This document shows, piece by piece, positions 63,586 through 64,000 of a stretch of 64,000 nucleotides of DNA (its first letter is position 1; each line of letters starts with the position of its first letter). This DNA is from Lingula anatina (Eukaryota > Animalia > Brachiopoda). Position numbers and translations under genes: made by a program. The notes below the pieces were generated by a model. It saw nothing but the letters and a program-made list of their open reading frames with translations. It made no database searches and had not been told where the DNA came from. The DNA lies in assembly GCA_051362555.1 (NCBI GenBank), contig CM120642.1, forward strand, positions 5,766,001-5,830,000, in the 5' to 3' direction.

Positions 63586-64000
63586 GATTTTGTGTAACAG
63601 ATATCGACTGAAATCAAATAAACTGCATGAAATACAGGAAGCAGTTTATTTTCATCAGCATGCTGGTATCACATACAGGAGTATTGCACTTATCAATTTT
63701 CTAATCCCATCCCGGTCTTTCTACTATTTTTGTTTAATCCTATATGTGGTTTATGTTATCCATCTAATATCATTTTGTTGACATTTCCCTTTGAAATGTG
63801 CAAGGGGCGTGGCTGTCAAAATGGAAACATTTAAAACCAAATAAGATTTTATCTCTAAAATCGGCAGAATTGACCAGTGTAGGCCTACGGGCTACAATAC
63901 CGTGCCGACATTTTGGTTAAATGTTTTTGTTTTGGAGTTATGAGCCCGTAAATACAGATTTTCATTAAACAAAAGCATTATTTATCTTTATTAACCATTA

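Overview
AT-rich, intron-containing eukaryotic DNA. The gene and repeat content suggests a marine invertebrate (inference). Left to right: (1) a split pogo-type DD35D transposase with a C-terminal PHD finger (minus strand), interrupted by an opposite-strand BEN-domain ORF; (2) a 41-exon plus-strand gene (5113-34894, ~2056 aa by manual splicing) for a secreted mosaic lectin-like protein (2 LamG, 2 C-type lectin, SUEL lectin, 3 resistin-like, 6 PAN, TNFR-like Cys repeats, IgGFc-binding-like domain), in which two domains are split by inserted modules; (3) an intronless HHxxxDG acyltransferase nested in an intron of that gene; (4) the main finding, two tandem minus-strand genes (37527-46829 and 51958-63585). 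Their 15 coding exons splice in frame into ~1205/1203-aa proteins made of a CARD-like domain, a caspase with intact catalytic residues, a full RIG-I-like DECH helicase and a Zn-binding CTD, i.e. an RNA sensor joined directly to a protease. Several MITE families with visible TIRs/TSDs are scattered through the introns. All gene models were spliced by hand and have no transcript support.
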